Of a stretch of DNA of 64,000 nt, positions 30,980 to 40,331 are shown in pieces. The first letter of the stretch is position 1. Each line of letters begins with the position of its first letter. The notes beneath the pieces were generated by a model that did not search any database, had not been told where the DNA came from, and saw only the letters and a program-made list of their open reading frames with translations. The stretch covers positions 65,840 to 129,839 of the forward strand of contig CALVWF010000001.1 of the NCBI GenBank assembly GCA_944364615.1, read 5' to 3'. Source of the stretch: an uncultured Clostridia bacterium (GTDB taxonomy: Bacteria; Bacillota; Clostridia; Christensenellales; CAG-314). The translations under genes were made by a program, and so were the position numbers.

Positions 30980-31955
30980 ACAATTCTTTGATCCTTTCTT
31001 TTATAGCAGATTTATCCACACCGTTTTTGATGCATATAAGCACTGTGCGGATATTGTCCGTTTCGGCAACCTTGCTGAGATAATAGCAAATTACCGGTTC
31101 TACAGAAATGTTGTTTTTGCATGCCGCAAGGCACTGACGTTTGCGCTTTTCCGTTTCCTCGTAGCACTTGCCGAAATCCTTATTTTCCGCAAGACACTGA
31201 CTGCATTTTTCCGCAAGCCAGCGGTAATCGGTTTTTGCAAAGAATTCCGTCAACAGTGAAACATCCTGTTCGTACAGAGCAATGAGATCGTTTACACAAA
31301 AAGTAAATTCTTCCGCAAGAGTCTGTCTGACTCTCTCGGCGGGTAACGAGGCACGTTTTGCGCGGTACAGAGCGATGATATTGTTGCAGTCAGCCTGCAA
31401 AAAGAAATATTCTTTTACCGAACGGGGGACGGAACCTTTGAGATGACGACGAATATCCTCGTACATTGCCTTGTCCAGCAAAATGTCTATGATTGCCGGT
31501 TCACGCTTGCCTTCGGCAAAACTCCAATCGATTTTTTCAAGAGCGGCAGCCATAGGAGCAGGCAAATCTCTGTAATCGTCCAGCGATATGTCATGCCACA
31601 TTTTGTCCTTGTCAATAAGACCGCAATCGTAACACAGATAGGTGTTGTCGGTGCGCATGTACTTGCTCTTCATCATAATTTTGGCGTTGATATAGTCGTA
31701 GCACAGCACAAACGTATCCGTAACGCGAGGTTCGGAAGTCATTTCTTTAAGATACGCAACAGCGTCGTTCAACTGCCTTTTGAGCATTTCCTCGTAATCG
31801 GCGGAAGCAACCGTGTCGTATCCCGTTTCACGCAACATCTTCATTGCCTGTTGTACGCTCTGACAGTCGGCAAGTCTGTTGAAAGCCTCTGCCGACAACA
31901 GTCTCTGAGACAGCACTGCCGTTCTGCCTGCAGCAAAATATTTACTGACAGCCAT
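30972..31955 (-). CDS. ntpC: V-type ATP synthase subunit C
   Basis: 327-aa helical ORF at the C position of the ntpFIKECGABD order. Confidence 0.8.
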   Translation of the reverse strand: MAVSKYFAAGRTAVLSQRLLSAEAFNRLADCQSVQQAMKMLRETGYDTVASADYEEMLKRQLNDAVAYLKEMTSEPRVTDTFVLCYDYINAKIMMKSKYMRTDNTYLCYDCGLIDKDKMWHDISLDDYRDLPAPMAAALEKIDWSFAEGKREPAIIDILLDKAMYEDIRRHLKGSVPRSVKEYFFLQADCNNIIALYRAKRASLPAERVRQTLAEEFTFCVNDLIALYEQDVSLLTEFFAKTDYRWLAEKCSQCLAENKDFGKCYEETEKRKRQCLAACKNNISVEPVICYYLSKVAETDNIRTVLICIKNGVDKSAIKERIKELYV

Positions 31956-31958
31956 TTG

Positions 31959-32534
31959 TTAATCTCCGAAAAGAATTGCCGAAACCTGCGATTCGTACTG
32001 AAAACGCAACTGTTCGAGCAAAGTCTTTAATGTAACGTCTTTATCGTAACCGTTGCCTTCCAGAATAAAACCGCCCTTAAAATCCGCGACTTTTTCCGAC
32101 AACGTAACTCCGTATTGAGAGGCAACGCCCGATGTGACTACTTTACGTCCCTTTTCGCACAGCACAAGTTTTTCGCCTTTTTCGGCGTAAGCGGACAACA
32201 ACCTCTTTATAAGCGAAAGGTATTGTTCGTCTTTCAGGTTCAGCACCTTTTCGAAAGCCTTGTCGAACACTTCCGAAACGGTCTGCTGTTTGAGCGAAAG
32301 GACGTATTTTTTAATGTCGAGATCGGCAACAGCCAGTTTTCTTTTCAGAATTTCCTGTTTGTCCGCCACACACTTTTCTTCGGCGGATTCCCGTGCCTGT
32401 CGCACTTCGTTTTGTGCCTTTTCGCACAACTGTTCGCCGTTCTGTCTGGCATTGCTTACGACGGCGTCGCATTTAGCGGCAGCGTCCTCCAGAATACGTG
32501 CTATAATTTTATCTTTACCGTTCATATCCGTCAC
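31959..32534 (-). CDS. ntpE: V-type ATP synthase subunit E
   Basis: 191-aa ORF. Long charged N-terminal helix (KIIARILEDAAAKCDAVVSNARQNGEQL...) and globular C-terminus. Confidence 0.85.
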   Translation of the reverse strand: MTDMNGKDKIIARILEDAAAKCDAVVSNARQNGEQLCEKAQNEVRQARESAEEKCVADKQEILKRKLAVADLDIKKYVLSLKQQTVSEVFDKAFEKVLNLKDEQYLSLIKRLLSAYAEKGEKLVLCEKGRKVVTSGVASQYGVTLSEKVADFKGGFILEGNGYDKDVTLKTLLEQLRFQYESQVSAILFGD

Positions 32535-32538
32535 CGAA

Positions 32539-33003
32539 TCACAGTGCCTGCAACAGAAGAATGGAAACTACCAGAGCAAGCAGAGCGTATGTTTCGACCA
32601 TTGCGGGGAACATGATAAGTTTACCGGAAATTTCCGATTTCTTGCCTACTGCATTTATTGCCGCAACGGATGTCTGTCCTTGAAGTATAGCCGATGCAAG
32701 ACCGACGATCATCATTGGAAGAACCGCACCGAATACCGACCAACCGGAAGAAGCCGCAGCGTCCGCTCCGGGGATGTGACTCATAGCCATAAACGCAATG
32801 AGCAGTCCGTACAGACCCTGTGTCGCAGGAAGCAGCACCAGCACGATGATACGGCTGAACTTTTTAGGTTCTTCAGCCATAACTCCTGAGGCGGCAGAAC
32901 CGGTATACTTCAGACCGATAGCAGAACCGATTCCGCAGGTGATCGCACAAAGAGCAATACCCAGTATAGCAATTACTTGTCCATTCATTATTTTGTCCTC
33001 CAA
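32539..33003 (-). CDS. ntpK: V-type ATP synthase proteolipid subunit K
   Basis: 154-aa ORF, 4 TM. LLPATQGLYG, ILQGQTSVAA, PAMVETYALLALV align with E. hirae NtpK motifs. Confidence 0.92.
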   Translation of the reverse strand: MEDKIMNGQVIAILGIALCAITCGIGSAIGLKYTGSAASGVMAEEPKKFSRIIVLVLLPATQGLYGLLIAFMAMSHIPGADAAASSGWSVFGAVLPMMIVGLASAILQGQTSVAAINAVGKKSEISGKLIMFPAMVETYALLALVVSILLLQAL

Positions 33004-33047
33004 AATATTGTTTTAAAATTTAGATATATTAACGCACAATGGCGTAA

Positions 33048-35087
33048 TCACTTGATTAAAGTGTAATTCAGACCGCTTCCCAAAGGAGCAAACAGTTGAC
33101 CTTCGCCCTCGTAGAATTTGCCGAAAAATTCGACATACTGCAAACGCGAGTCGTGCACATAAGCGCCCAGTACTGCAAGAGCAAGGTTAAACAGGTGAGC
33201 AAAAATATACAGCACTATTGCAAGAACGTAACCTATCGCGCTGGTCATGATCATCTGACCTATCTGGTTGATGATAAATCCGAAAACCGCTCCTGACAGC
33301 ATAAGGCCGAATATACGGACGTAACTGACAATGTCGCTGAAATAGTTAATGACGCCGTACACACCGCCGAATCCGCCGAGAATCTTACCGAAAATTCCCT
33401 TCCTTCCGCGACCTGCCGTCAGCAGCACCACAACAAGGGCGCCCGCAATTATATACAGACCGATCATCGTCATGTCGGGAATGTTTGCAAGAACAAGTAT
33501 CTGAGGTTGTTTCAACGCACTGTCGATGTTGCTCATTATCATATCGCAGGCAGGTTTCAGTGCGAGCAATATAACTCCCGCGAAAAACACTTCCCAGATC
33601 AAAGCGTCAAATATAACGCCCGCCGCGTCCCGTCTTGTAGCCAACTTGTGAGCGTTGCATGCAACGCCTGCCATCAGGTGAACTATTCCCAACGCCAGCG
33701 ACACTATCATCGTGATTATAGGATAGTTGCTCGGCGACGGCAACAACGGATACCAGTCGGGGCAGTTGGGTATCACGGTAGCAAGATCCACCGAGAACAA
33801 ACTGCCGTATATCACGCCCCACAGTATTGTGGAAAATCCGCAGTAACCGATAAGAGTAAGCAACGACTTCATCCCGGTCCTCTGTTTGATACGTGATGCA
33901 ACAAACAGTCCCACTATTGAAAGCACCAGCCCGTAACCTATATCCGCAGTCATCAGACCGAATATAAGGAAATAGAACACCGACATCACCGGATTGGGAT
34001 CAGGTTCGTGGTAATTGGGTGGCGTATAGGTGTTGGTTATAGTTTCGAAGGAACGAACGAATTTGTTGTTTTTGTTCAACGTAGGAGCAAATTCGCCCTC
34101 TTTTATGTCATCGATATTGAGCACTACCCCGTCTGTCACCGAATATATTGCGTCGGTGACGCGCTGTTGATTTTCCGCGGGGAAAAAGCCCTGCATTACA
34201 AATGTTTCCGCAGTGTTCTGCAATGCGTCGTCGTGGTTGCATTGACGCATTTTTACCGTAAAATAGTCCACGTAAAGTTTCAGACAACGCATAAGAGCCG
34301 TCTGCCTTGCGCATTGAAGCAGACATTCGTTGCTTTCGCTGCGGTAACCTTCAAGAGACTTGTTGAGTTTGGCATTATATTGCACGGCATTTACATCCAC
34401 GTCACTGAATTTGCAATTGTCCAGAAGGCCTCTTTCGAGACTTTCTATAATTGCGCTTTCGCTCTTGTGGCACATCACTTCCACGCCTCTTACCTTGCCG
34501 GTGGCAATAAGTTCGGAATACTGAGCAAGACTGTCATCGGTAAACAATGCCTTGAAATTGCCGTAATTTTCCTCCGAAACCGTGCCTACTCTGTAAAACA
34601 CGCTGTCGGTATCTTTGTAGAAGGTAAAGGGATTTCTAAGCGTCAGATAGGGACGAAGCGCGTCGATAAGTTGCAAAGTTTCCTCGATCTGCTGTTGCAG
34701 AGCGTTGTATTTACGCTTGATGTCCAGCAATTTGTTCAACCGACTGAAGGTTTCGTCAACAGTACCCTCCAACCCCTTGAACTGATCAAAGGTCACCTCG
34801 AAAAGCGGTTGGGAAAAACTTCCCTTGCCTTCGCTCAACTGTTGCTTGTCAAGTTGTTTTTTTACAATCTGACCGCACTTGTCTATCCAGTCGATACCTT
34901 CTTCCACCGCTGCGATACTTTCCTGCAACTTTTTGATCTCTGCGGTGCTGTCGGTGCGGAAACACTGTTCCACTTCGGCGCTTTCCGTCAGTTCGACACA
35001 GCCCGTACGAATCATTTCGTCGTACAAAGCCTGTTTGTCGCAGTCTAACGCAACAAGTGTAAACTTTTTCATCGTTACAATTGCCAT
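33048..35087 (-). CDS. ntpI: V-type ATP synthase subunit I
   Basis: 679-aa ORF. Soluble coiled N-terminal half plus polytopic C-terminal half. Position after ntpF. Confidence 0.9.
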   Translation of the reverse strand: MAIVTMKKFTLVALDCDKQALYDEMIRTGCVELTESAEVEQCFRTDSTAEIKKLQESIAAVEEGIDWIDKCGQIVKKQLDKQQLSEGKGSFSQPLFEVTFDQFKGLEGTVDETFSRLNKLLDIKRKYNALQQQIEETLQLIDALRPYLTLRNPFTFYKDTDSVFYRVGTVSEENYGNFKALFTDDSLAQYSELIATGKVRGVEVMCHKSESAIIESLERGLLDNCKFSDVDVNAVQYNAKLNKSLEGYRSESNECLLQCARQTALMRCLKLYVDYFTVKMRQCNHDDALQNTAETFVMQGFFPAENQQRVTDAIYSVTDGVVLNIDDIKEGEFAPTLNKNNKFVRSFETITNTYTPPNYHEPDPNPVMSVFYFLIFGLMTADIGYGLVLSIVGLFVASRIKQRTGMKSLLTLIGYCGFSTILWGVIYGSLFSVDLATVIPNCPDWYPLLPSPSNYPIITMIVSLALGIVHLMAGVACNAHKLATRRDAAGVIFDALIWEVFFAGVILLALKPACDMIMSNIDSALKQPQILVLANIPDMTMIGLYIIAGALVVVLLTAGRGRKGIFGKILGGFGGVYGVINYFSDIVSYVRIFGLMLSGAVFGFIINQIGQMIMTSAIGYVLAIVLYIFAHLFNLALAVLGAYVHDSRLQYVEFFGKFYEGEGQLFAPLGSGLNYTLIK

Positions 35088-35089
35088 TT

Positions 35090-35395
35090 TCAGATTTTCT
35101 CCACAATAAACTCTACTGCTTTGTCAATGTTTTGGCGGTATTTCTGCGACAGGGCGTTGGCTTCGGCTTGTCCCGCCTTGACCTTTTTTTCCGCTTCGGC
35201 AGTCGCGAATTCGTTGGACGCAGCCGTGTTTTCCTGCACGAAAGCCTTCAACCGTTCTGCGCCTTCGCTACGTATCTTTTCCGCCTGAGCCTCGTAGGAT
35301 GCGGTCAGTTCTTCCGCCTGTTTTTCTGCGTCGGCAACCTGCTGTTCGGCAGTTTTTTCCGCTTCCACTATTGATTCGATCACATTTTCAAGCAT
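35090..35395 (-). CDS. ntpF: V-type ATPase peripheral-stalk subunit (G/H-like, NtpF position)
   Basis: 101-aa all-helical Ala/Glu/Lys-rich ORF. First gene of the ntp block. Confidence 0.65.
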   Translation of the reverse strand: MLENVIESIVEAEKTAEQQVADAEKQAEELTASYEAQAEKIRSEGAERLKAFVQENTAASNEFATAEAEKKVKAGQAEANALSQKYRQNIDKAVEFIVEKI

Positions 35396-35399
35396 AAAT

Positions 35400-35837
35400 T
35401 CACCTCTCGAGATCCATGAGTTTGTCTACACGTTTACTATGTCTTCCCCCTTCGAAATCGGTGGAAAGAAATACGTCCGTTATTTCAAACGCCTGTTGCG
35501 CGGTTACGTACTTTGCGCCCATCGCAAGCATATTGGCGTCGTTGTGTTTGCGCGTCATCGAAGCCATATCGGTGTTGAGACACAGGGCGCAACGCACGCC
35601 TTTTATTTTATTGGCGGCAATGCCTATACCTATGCCCGTCGTGCAGATGACTATACCGCGCTGACACTTTCCCTCCGAAACCAACCTTGCCGCTTTTGCT
35701 CCGAAATCGGGGTAATCGCAACTGTCGGAAGAGTATGTTCCGCAATCGGTCACCTCGTAGCCCTTGTCTTTAAGATACTGTGAGACACGTTCTTTCAATG
35801 CGAATCCGCCGTGATCGCTGGCAATGGAAATGTTCAT
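35400..35837 (-). CDS. rpiB: Ribose-5-phosphate isomerase B
   Basis: 145-aa ORF. SDHGGFALKE, GIVICTTGIGIGIAANK. Confidence 0.93.
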   Translation of the reverse strand: MNISIASDHGGFALKERVSQYLKDKGYEVTDCGTYSSDSCDYPDFGAKAARLVSEGKCQRGIVICTTGIGIGIAANKIKGVRCALCLNTDMASMTRKHNDANMLAMGAKYVTAQQAFEITDVFLSTDFEGGRHSKRVDKLMDLER

Positions 35838-35861
35838 CGGAACCTCCTGTAATTGTGATTT

Positions 35862-36851
35862 TCACAAAATATTCTGTCCTGCCGACTTGGTGATACGGTT
35901 GAGCACGCTGAACGCCACTTCTCCCGTGCCGTTGTAACAGGCAATGATATAATCGTATTTTTTTTCGCATCGGCGCAACGCTTCGAAAAGATTGTGCGCC
36001 ACTTCTTCGTCTGTAGTACCAAGATACCAGGTACTGCAATCGGGATAAAGTCGGGGATACCTTGTAAGTATCACGGGATTGTACCCGTCTTGCTCACAAC
36101 GCCGATAGAAATCCAGCACCTTGTCTTTATTTCCGTCAAGGTTGAGCACCATAGGACATCTCGGAGCATAGTGTTTGTATCTCACTCCGGGCGAGTTGAC
36201 CTTTTCTTTGGGATTGGTAACTACCCTTACGGGTTTTCCCAAAACGGCGGAAATACCGTTGGGGGTAACTATACCCGGTCTTAAAACCGTCGGTTGCTCT
36301 CCGCACAGATCCAGCACGGTGGATTCTATTCCCACCTTGCAGTCGCTTCCCATAAGCAATGCGTCAATACGTCCGTCCATGTCCTCTTTTACCGACTGCC
36401 ACGTCGTAGGACTGGGACGTGTGGAAGTATTTGCACTCGGAGCACACACCGGAACGTGACAACTTCTCAAAAACGCCAGAGCCTCATGTGAAGAAGGCAT
36501 GCGCACCGCAACGGTGGGAAGTCCTCCCGTCACGCAGTCGTCAATACAACTTTTCTTGGGAAGCACTATAGTAATACTGCCCGGCATAAAAGCGTCTATA
36601 ATCTTTTCGGCGTCAGCACTGACGCTCAAAGCGATGTCCGCCAACTGACTTTTGTCGTAAATGTGTACAATGAGCGGATTGTCCGACGGTCTGCCCTTGG
36701 CAACATATATTTTCTTGACCGCCTGCACGTCAAGAGCGTTTGCTCCCAGCCCGTACACTGTTTCCGTAGGAAACGCCACAAGACCGCCGCCGCGTACTAT
36801 TTCGCCCGCTATTTCCAAATCTTCGGGCGTCATCTGTAAATATTTTGTCAT
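35862..36851 (-). CDS. tsaC: L-threonylcarbamoyladenylate synthase (TsaC/Sua5 long form)
   Basis: ORF 35862-36905 trimmed to MTKYLQMTPEDL. YrdC motif GGLVAFPTETVYGLGANA plus a C-terminal Sua5 domain. Confidence 0.9.
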   Translation of the reverse strand: MTKYLQMTPEDLEIAGEIVRGGGLVAFPTETVYGLGANALDVQAVKKIYVAKGRPSDNPLIVHIYDKSQLADIALSVSADAEKIIDAFMPGSITIVLPKKSCIDDCVTGGLPTVAVRMPSSHEALAFLRSCHVPVCAPSANTSTRPSPTTWQSVKEDMDGRIDALLMGSDCKVGIESTVLDLCGEQPTVLRPGIVTPNGISAVLGKPVRVVTNPKEKVNSPGVRYKHYAPRCPMVLNLDGNKDKVLDFYRRCEQDGYNPVILTRYPRLYPDCSTWYLGTTDEEVAHNLFEALRRCEKKYDYIIACYNGTGEVAFSVLNRITKSAGQNIL

Positions 36852-36864
36852 AAAAATTGCCTTT

Positions 36865-37413
36865 TTAATCGGTAATGAGCACCGCACGGACGGGACTTGC
36901 TTCACAACCGCCGAATTTCAGCGGAAAGCACGCAAGAGTATATTCTCCTTCTATGACGTCTTTAAGCACAAGACCTTCCAGCACAACCACGTTGTGTGAC
37001 AACAATATCTTGTGTACCTGATCGCACTGCTCGTCCGCAATGCTTATTTTTGTAGTGCCCACAAGCACGACGCCCTGTGCGACTATTCGTTCCGCAAGAG
37101 CGACGTCCAACTGTCCGCCCTTGAACAACAACCGCTTATAAGAAAAATTTATGCCAGATATATCTATATTCCGACCGTGACAAAACACCACTTGACATTT
37201 GCCGAAACAGTACTCAAGAGGTATCTCGTCCACCGTTGCGCCGTCACTTATATAATGGGAGGGCGCATCTATATGGGTGCCGTTGTGCAGGCACATCGTG
37301 ACATCGGTAAGGCGGTAGCCCTGCTCTATATCCCTGACGCGCGTAAATGACGGCGGCGTATCGCCGTCAAACACTCTGCACCCCGCGATGTTCTGTGAAA
37401 TGTCTATTACCAT
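36865..37413 (-). CDS. Cyclase family protein (kynurenine formamidase-like)
   Basis: 182-aa ORF. HNGTHIDAPSHY metal-binding motif. Confidence 0.75.
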   Translation of the reverse strand: MVIDISQNIAGCRVFDGDTPPSFTRVRDIEQGYRLTDVTMCLHNGTHIDAPSHYISDGATVDEIPLEYCFGKCQVVFCHGRNIDISGINFSYKRLLFKGGQLDVALAERIVAQGVVLVGTTKISIADEQCDQVHKILLSHNVVVLEGLVLKDVIEGEYTLACFPLKFGGCEASPVRAVLITD

Positions 37414-37430
37414 ATTTATTACTGTTTAAA

Positions 37431-37459
37431 AGTATATCACATACTCTTTTTTTTGTAAA
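37431..37459 (-). promoter_or_regulatory. Sigma-A promoter of the cyclase-tsaC-rpiB-ntp unit
   Basis: Minus strand TTTACA (37459-37454), 17-nt spacer, TGaTATACT (TATACT 37436-37431). Confidence 0.55.
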
Positions 37460-37571
37460 TAGACTTTACCATTCTTTACAGTGTTCATACAATTGATATA
37501 TAAAATTACTCTGTCAGTGCAATATACACTTTACGACGCACACCGTGGCATGGACGTTTTTGCCAAAACGT

Positions 37572-37600
37572 TTGACACCTGATGCTGTTTTTGATATAAT
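37572..37600 (+). promoter_or_regulatory. Consensus sigma-A promoter of the 37639 gene
   Basis: TTGACA (37572-37577), 17-nt spacer, TGaTATAAT (TATAAT 37595-37600). GAGGAGG RBS follows. Confidence 0.7.
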
Positions 37601-37638
37601 AATCAGGCTTTTGAAAAACATCCGAGGAGGCAATTAAA

Positions 37639-38814
37639 ATGGATTACCAAGGAACAATTTCAAGAGGAATTCGCGCCCCTATAATCAAGAAGGGCGATGA
37701 TCTTGTGACAATCGTTTCAGACTGTATCGTCAACAGTGCAAAAACGCACAACATACAGTTGCAGGACAGAGACGTGGTAGCGGTCACCGAAGCGGTGCTT
37801 GCCCGTTCGCAGGGAAACTACGCTACGACCGACCAGATTGCACAGGACATCAGAAACAAGTTCGGCGACAAAACCGTGGGACTTATACTTCCCATATTTT
37901 CGCGCAATCGCTTTTCTATGATATTGAAGGGAATTGCTAAAGGTACGAAAAAACTGATAATTCAACTGTCCTACCCATGCGATGAAGTGGGCAACAGTTT
38001 TATTTCGCAGGAACAGTTGTACGAAAGCAAGGTAAATCCCTACACCGACGTGTTTACCGCAGACGAATTTCACCGGGTTTTCAAAGACACCAGACACACT
38101 TTCACCGGAGTGGACTACATAGAATACTACCGTGAAATGGCCAAAGGTTGCGAAATCATACTTGCAAACAATCCGTTGAAGATACTCGACTACACTCCTT
38201 ACGTAATAAACGCAGACATACATAGTCGCAAACGCACAAAAAAACTGTTGCTTGACAACGGCGCAAAGCAGGTGGTATCTCTTGACGAAATACTGACTCA
38301 GTCTGTCAACGGTTCGGGTTACAACGAACAGTACGGCGTACTGGGAAGCAATCTTGCCACACAGGACAGCGTGAAACTGTTTCCGCGCGACAGCCAGAAG
38401 TTTGTGGAAGAACTGCAAAAAAGACTCATCGACCTGACGGGCAAAAACATCGAATGTATGGTTTACGGAGACGGAGCATTCAAAGATCCGGTAGGCGGTA
38501 TCTGGGAACTTGCCGATCCCGTGTGTTCTCCCGGTTACACCAAAGGACTGGAAGGCCGTCCCAACGAACTCAAACTCAAATACATTGCCGACAACGAACT
38601 GTCCGATCTGTCGGGTGAACAGGCAGTGGCGGCAATGAAAGACCTCATCAAAAACAAGGAAAAAGACCTCGTCAACAACATCAAAAGTCAGGGAACGACT
38701 CCTCGCAGACTCACCGACCTTCTGGGTTCGCTTGCCGATCTTACCAGCGGAAGCGGCGACAAGGGTACCCCCATAATACTTATACAAAATTACTTTAAAA
38801 ACTTTGCAGACTGA
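37639..38814 (+). CDS. F420-0:gamma-glutamyl ligase-like (CofE-fold) family protein
   Basis: 391-aa ORF. SRGIRAPIIKKGDDLVTIV...RDVVAVTEAVLARSQGNYATTDQIAQDI resembles the long Firmicutes proteins annotated as coenzyme F420-0:L-glutamate ligase. From memory only. Confidence 0.55.
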   Translation: MDYQGTISRGIRAPIIKKGDDLVTIVSDCIVNSAKTHNIQLQDRDVVAVTEAVLARSQGNYATTDQIAQDIRNKFGDKTVGLILPIFSRNRFSMILKGIAKGTKKLIIQLSYPCDEVGNSFISQEQLYESKVNPYTDVFTADEFHRVFKDTRHTFTGVDYIEYYREMAKGCEIILANNPLKILDYTPYVINADIHSRKRTKKLLLDNGAKQVVSLDEILTQSVNGSGYNEQYGVLGSNLATQDSVKLFPRDSQKFVEELQKRLIDLTGKNIECMVYGDGAFKDPVGGIWELADPVCSPGYTKGLEGRPNELKLKYIADNELSDLSGEQAVAAMKDLIKNKEKDLVNNIKSQGTTPRRLTDLLGSLADLTSGSGDKGTPIILIQNYFKNFAD

Positions 38815-38842
38815 TACAGTCAGAGCAAAACTTACTGTAAAA

Positions 38843-38877
38843 CAAAAAAAAGACGGCGATACACGCCGTCTTTTTTA
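38843..38877. terminator. Bidirectional terminator
   Basis: aaaaaaaAGACGGCG-ataca-CGCCGTCTttttt. Confidence 0.85.
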
Positions 38878-38971
38878 TTTACCAACATTCGTTTACCGAA
38901 TAAATTGCTCGTATTCATTTACTGTTTTAATTTTTTACATCAAAAAAGGCGGTAGATTTCCGCATTTGAGT

Positions 38972-39220
38972 TTACATATTGCCGGCCTTGTATTCTTTCA
39001 AAGCCTTGCTGAGTTGGTCGGGACAAGACGTTGACTTGAATCCGCATCTGATTCCTTCGAGACGTTTGATTGCCTCGTCTATATCCATACCTTCTACCAG
39101 TCTTCCGATACCCTGCAGGTTGCCGTTACAGCCGCCCACGTAACTTACGTTGTGCAGTTTGCCGTCCACCACTTCGAAATTTATCTCTCTGGAACAAACA
39201 CCGCTTGTCTTGTATTTCAT
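38972..39220 (-). CDS. TIGR03905-type TSCPD-domain small protein
   Basis: ORF 38972-39235 trimmed to MKYKTSGVCSREINFEVVDGKLHNVSYVGGCNGNLQGIGRLVEGM...CGFKSTSCPDQL (four-Cys pattern). Confidence 0.8.
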   Translation of the reverse strand: MKYKTSGVCSREINFEVVDGKLHNVSYVGGCNGNLQGIGRLVEGMDIDEAIKRLEGIRCGFKSTSCPDQLSKALKEYKAGNM

Positions 39221-39371
39221 TATTTTTCTCCTCATATGTCACAAAATTCGAATGTGACGTAATTATACAACATTACATTGCATTAAGTCAAGTTTATTGC
39301 GCTAAACGCCCTTCCGTTGATTGCTTAAGTCGATTTGCGACTTTGCCTTTACCGTACTGAAACGTAAAGAC

Positions 39372-39401
39372 AAAAAAAACAACGTCCCTTGCGGGACGTT
39401 G
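39372..39401 (-). terminator. Rho-independent terminator after the 39417 gene
   Basis: Minus strand CAACGTCCC-gcaa-GGGACGTTG followed by TTTTTTTT. Confidence 0.85.
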
Positions 39402-39416
39402 CGATAAGCAATGTAA

Positions 39417-39707
39417 TTACACCAACAGCGGTACTACGATACAAGCAAGTATTACCAGAAGCACTACGATGTACAGTACTTTCCAAACGGTGGGCTTGTT
39501 CTTTATATATCTCCATGCGATGTAAGCGACAACGCCGATCATAAGGGCGCTTGCAACACCCTGCAATGCCGAAACGATTTTCAGATTTACGTTGCACAAC
39601 GACAGAATCATTGCGACAAGATAAACGATAGCAGTTGCAACCAGCAGGTAGAATGACGCCTTGTTGATGCTGAAACCGCTACCCGACTTAGTAGTTTTTT
39701 TTGCCAT
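39417..39707 (-). CDS. Small membrane protein (3 predicted TM), unknown function
   Basis: 96-aa ORF. MAKKTTKSGSGF head then three hydrophobic stretches. GGAGG-like RBS (AGGAGGAA). Confidence 0.6.
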   Translation of the reverse strand: MAKKTTKSGSGFSINKASFYLLVATAIVYLVAMILSLCNVNLKIVSALQGVASALMIGVVAYIAWRYIKNKPTVWKVLYIVVLLVILACIVVPLLV

Positions 39708-39763
39708 ATAAAATTCCTCCTGATTAGGTAGTATCTATATTATAAGTCCAAGTCGATATTTTT

Positions 39764-40312
39764 TCAAGTATTTTTATCGGATGGAGTCAATTTTTTTGTC
39801 TTATCCGACGGAGGAGTCACAACAACTCTCTTGTTGAGGGAAGCGACGAATTTTCTGAAATCCGCAGTGCTTATTACTACCGTTGCGGTGTTGTCACAGG
39901 GATGAAATTTGACGCTGTTGCCGTTCCACACGTCGTAGTCGACTATCAGCGGAATGTCGTTGCCCCGTTCGTTCAGAAATGCAAACGGAGATACCGAACC
40001 TCTGTGCACATTCAACTTCTGCCACAACACTTCTTCCGTTGCAAATTCGAACTTTGCGCACCCTACCAACGACGCAAGTCCTCGCATGTCCGCTCTTTTG
40101 TCGAAGGACAGCACCACCAGATAGTAATTGTCGCTCTTTTTATCTTTAACAAACAGCGACTTGCACGATGTACAGTTGTCTACGTGTATCACTTGTCTTG
40201 ACTGTTCGGTAGTAATTACCGCCTCGTGACGCAGCAGTCTGTACGGAATGTTGAGTTTTTCAAGATAATCGATAACTTTTTTTATCATAGGTACATTGTA
40301 ATACCGCGACAA
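39764..40312 (-). CDS. YbaK/ProX-type aminoacyl-tRNA editing domain protein
   Basis: 182-aa ORF. CKSLFVKDKKSDNYYLVVL...HRGSVSPFAFLN pattern of YbaK/EbsC deacylases. Confidence 0.7.
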   Translation of the reverse strand: MSRYYNVPMIKKVIDYLEKLNIPYRLLRHEAVITTEQSRQVIHVDNCTSCKSLFVKDKKSDNYYLVVLSFDKRADMRGLASLVGCAKFEFATEEVLWQKLNVHRGSVSPFAFLNERGNDIPLIVDYDVWNGNSVKFHPCDNTATVVISTADFRKFVASLNKRVVVTPPSDKTKKLTPSDKNT

Positions 40313-40331
40313 AAATATTGCAACCGATTGA

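Noticed and set aside
39238-39258. GTCACA-N9-TGTGAC palindrome between the -10 box and RBS of the TSCPD gene as an NrdR box
   Set aside because: Only a single 6-bp-arm palindrome is present, whereas NrdR sites come as paired 16-bp boxes. It is too weak to call.
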